From Candidatus Latescibacterota bacterium (GTDB taxonomy: Bacteria; Latescibacterota; UBA2968; UBA8231), in contig OZ242318.1 in assembly GCA_965208105.1 (NCBI GenBank), positions 1,344,001-1,408,000 on the forward strand: a stretch of DNA of 64,000 nt, in the 5' to 3' direction. The translations under genes and the position numbers were made by a program. Below, one piece after another: positions 64,000 to 64,000 of the stretch; position 1 is the stretch's first letter; every line of letters starts with the position of its first letter. The notes beneath the pieces are model-generated. The model was not told the DNA's origin, did no database searches, and saw nothing but the letters and a program-made list of their open reading frames with translations.

Positions 64000-64000
64000 C

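Overview
High-GC bacterial chromosomal window, mostly housekeeping and metabolic genes. The host is a diderm, probably FCB-superphylum and Latescibacterota-like. That placement is an inference from a PorV-family gene, a FlgD/T9SS-type C-terminal domain protein, TonB receptors and a C-terminal SWGRIK tail. Recognisable genes: a FleS/FleR-like sigma54 two-component pair, larA-family, galU, acyl-CoA ligase, ilvBN, two tandem TonB-dependent receptors, ppdK-parA-parB, larB-mobA, cyoE, ligA, argR-argB-argD-argH, tilS-ftsH-folP-cdaA, a 1,774-aa FN3-repeat lipoprotein built from seven 609-bp tandem units, lexA, glycerate kinase, porV-like, era, purD, folB-folK and a partial secreted metalloprotease. 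No rRNA, tRNA, CRISPR, transposase or prophage genes were seen. The top candidate for an undescribed system is a two-gene cassette pairing an atypical tRNA-guanine transglycosylase with an ArmA/Rmt-type 16S rRNA m7G1405 methyltransferase. Other notable observations are a family of ~160-bp MITE-like elements fused to TAG stop codons, an argH that apparently needs a non-canonical CTG or ATC start, a short C-terminal TGVEPRSWGRIK tail, and a divergent larA/galU versus HAD/deoxyhypusine-synthase-like cluster. All family calls come from reading motifs by eye; no database searches were run.
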